Shown here piece by piece: positions 61,586 through 64,000 of a stretch of DNA of 64,000 nucleotides. Origin of the DNA: Eledone cirrhosa (taxonomy: Eukaryota); contig CAXHJY010000746.1 of NCBI GenBank assembly GCA_964016885.1, positions 1 through 64,000 on the forward strand, read 5' to 3'. The position numbers and the translations under genes are program-made. Positions within the stretch are counted from its first letter, which is position 1. Each line of letters starts with the position of its first letter. The notes beneath the pieces are model-generated. The model saw only the letters and a program-made list of their open reading frames with translations, did not search any database and had not been told where the DNA came from.

Positions 61586-61640
<55 letters not shown>

Positions 61641-61737
61641 GTATGTATATATACCTACATTCTATTGTACATATATAGTCATTTCTGTATACGCATTTAA
61701 ATAAACATACTTTCATATCAGAATGTATACATACAAA

Positions 61738-61786
<49 letters not shown>

Positions 61787-61799
61787 GTGTGTATGTATG

Positions 61800-61849
<50 letters not shown>

Positions 61850-61871
61850 TGTATGTGTGTGTGTATATATG

Positions 61872-61918
<47 letters not shown>

Positions 61919-61937
61919 ATGTGTGTGTATATATATG

Positions 61938-61992
<55 letters not shown>

Positions 61993-62027
61993 GTGTATGT
62001 GTGTGTATATATATATATATATATGTC

Positions 62028-62060
<33 letters not shown>

Positions 62061-62894
62061 GTGTATATGTATGTATATATGTATATTTATTTGTATGTAT
62101 AATTATATTCATACATGCATACCTATATATATATGTATGTATATATATGTATATATACATATGTATACATACATACACACACATACACACATATATATAT
62201 ATATATATATGTGTGTGTATGTATGTATATACATGTATATATACATATATATACACATCTAAATTAAAATTTTACATTCCATGGTCAAACTGAACAAATT
62301 CCTTTTTAGGGGTTTTTGGGGGTTTCAACATTAAACTGGGTCCGACTACTACTACTACCACTACTACCACTACTACTACTACTACTACCACTATTACTAC
62401 TACTACTATTACTACTACCACTACTACTACTACTACTGTTACTACTACTACTACCACCACTATTACTACTACTACTACTACTATTACTACTACCACTACT
62501 ACTACTACTACCACCAACACTGCAACTACCACTACTACTACTACTACTACTATATTGTGATGCCAATGTTGGCTCTTGTGGCAAATAAAGATTATTATTA
62601 TTATTATTATTATTATTATTTGTGCTGTTGTTCACTTATTAACTTTGTTTATTGTGTTACGTCCCTTTACGCTCTGAGTTCAAATCCCGCCGAGGTTAAC
62701 TTTGCCTTTTATCACCGGGAAAGCCTTCATGGAACTGGACCTGTCATCACCAGTTCCCACCGTTTCTCCGACGAACTCGCCAACAACTTCCCCGACTCAC
62801 TGGGAAAGTATCATGCGAATTTCACATCGACTTCAACGCCACACGCCAAGATATACTTATCTTAGCCTCACACACACACACACACACCTCCATT

Positions 62895-63570
62895 GTGGAG
62901 GTGCCACGGCAAAATAGCACCCAGCCCACACTGTAAAGTGGACGTGTAGGCGCCACGAAAAAGCACCCAGCACTCACTGTAAATGAGGTTGGTGTTAGGA
63001 AGGGCATCCAGCTGTAGAAATCAAGCCAAATCAGTTCCTATCTTAGCCTGACACACACACACACACACACCTTCATTGTTTGATCCTTAGCTTTCTCATT
63101 CACAGAAAAGGGGTTACTATATGACAGCTGCATAAAAAGGTGCAGAGCACTAGAAGTCGATGGAAAGCGTGGAGTGGGGAGACCCAAGATGACCTGGGAT
63201 GAGGTGACAAAAGCCGACCTTACCCAATTACACCTCTCAAATGCGATGACACACGACCGTGACCACTGGCGTCATGCAGTAATACAAGCTATGGGTACAA
63301 GCTGAGCATATAGACAATATGCCCCCACACCCCCCACCGTAAAGTGGACGTGTAGGCGCCACGAAAAAGCACCCAGCACTCACTGTAGATGAGGTTGGTG
63401 TTAGGAAGGGCATCCAGCTGTAGAAATCAAGCCAGAATCAGTTCCTGTATGAGCAAGGCATGGTCAGCCGACCAGACACTGCCCACAACAGGACAACCCG
63501 TCTAACCCATGCTAGCGTGGAAGAACGGACGTAAAACGGTGATGATGATGATGATGATGATGATGATGAC
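62895..63570 (+). mobile_element. Two SINE family A 3' fragments flanking a decayed RTE-like LINE 3' fragment (about 63110-63300)
   Basis: SINE core aggaagggcatccagctgtagaaatcaagcc occurs twice; (GAT)n tail; the fragment between them encodes a GKRGVGRPKMTWDEV-like motif. Confidence 0.6.
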
Positions 63571-64000
63571 TCCTACGTTTAACTGGCGAAGATTCAAAAC
63601 CGAATCTGGGACAATCCATCGTTGGAAGTTCTCACCATTGTCCTGTCAAGACAACATCATCGTCCAGTTTTTGATAATGCAGGACACAATTAACCCCTAA
63701 GTAGGGGGTGGACCCTGCCTGACAGCGCTCCTTAGCATCCCACTTCATGTGTTTCTGTCCACCGGTCTCACGTGGGGCCAGGCTAAGCCTAGCTTGATCC
63801 CAACAAACATCCAAGTCCTTTTTGGTCTTCCTGGGCCTTTGCTGCCTCGTACATTCCATTTGACCTGTGACCTCAACCTCTTGGGAGCCAATAACCACAG
63901 GGCTGACCATAAAGCAACCCCATGTGTCCATCCTTCTAGCTTTAGCACTTATTATAAATACAGGGAGTTAAGGAACCAAAAGGTCAGACATGAAGTGGCA

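Overview
Eukaryotic, microsatellite-rich genomic DNA. The SINE families resemble those of octopod cephalopods (inference). Three conserved multi-exon genes on the + strand were reconstructed by hand with phase-consistent splicing: the 3' part of IFT140 (22 exons, 351-22644), a complete POLR3H/RPC8 (7 coding exons, 204 aa, with one GC-AG intron and one U12-type intron) and a complete HID1 (19 exons, about 993 aa). Most entries in the ORF track are microsatellite artefacts. Introns hold two tRNA-derived SINE families, RTE-type LINE 3' ends, small MITEs and many minisatellites. Three signals are not explained by the gene models. (1) Hammerhead ribozyme motifs of about six unrelated sequence families, including a 6x58-nt tandem array whose unit is a whole hammerhead (33024-33388) and two apparently intact antisense hammerheads in HID1 introns. 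(2) Repeated tandem amplification of functional junctions (donors, acceptors, the HID1 start codon) into decoy arrays. (3) About 55 copies of a U1-snRNA-like sequence complementary to the HID1 exon-1 donor, starting 10 nt into that intron.
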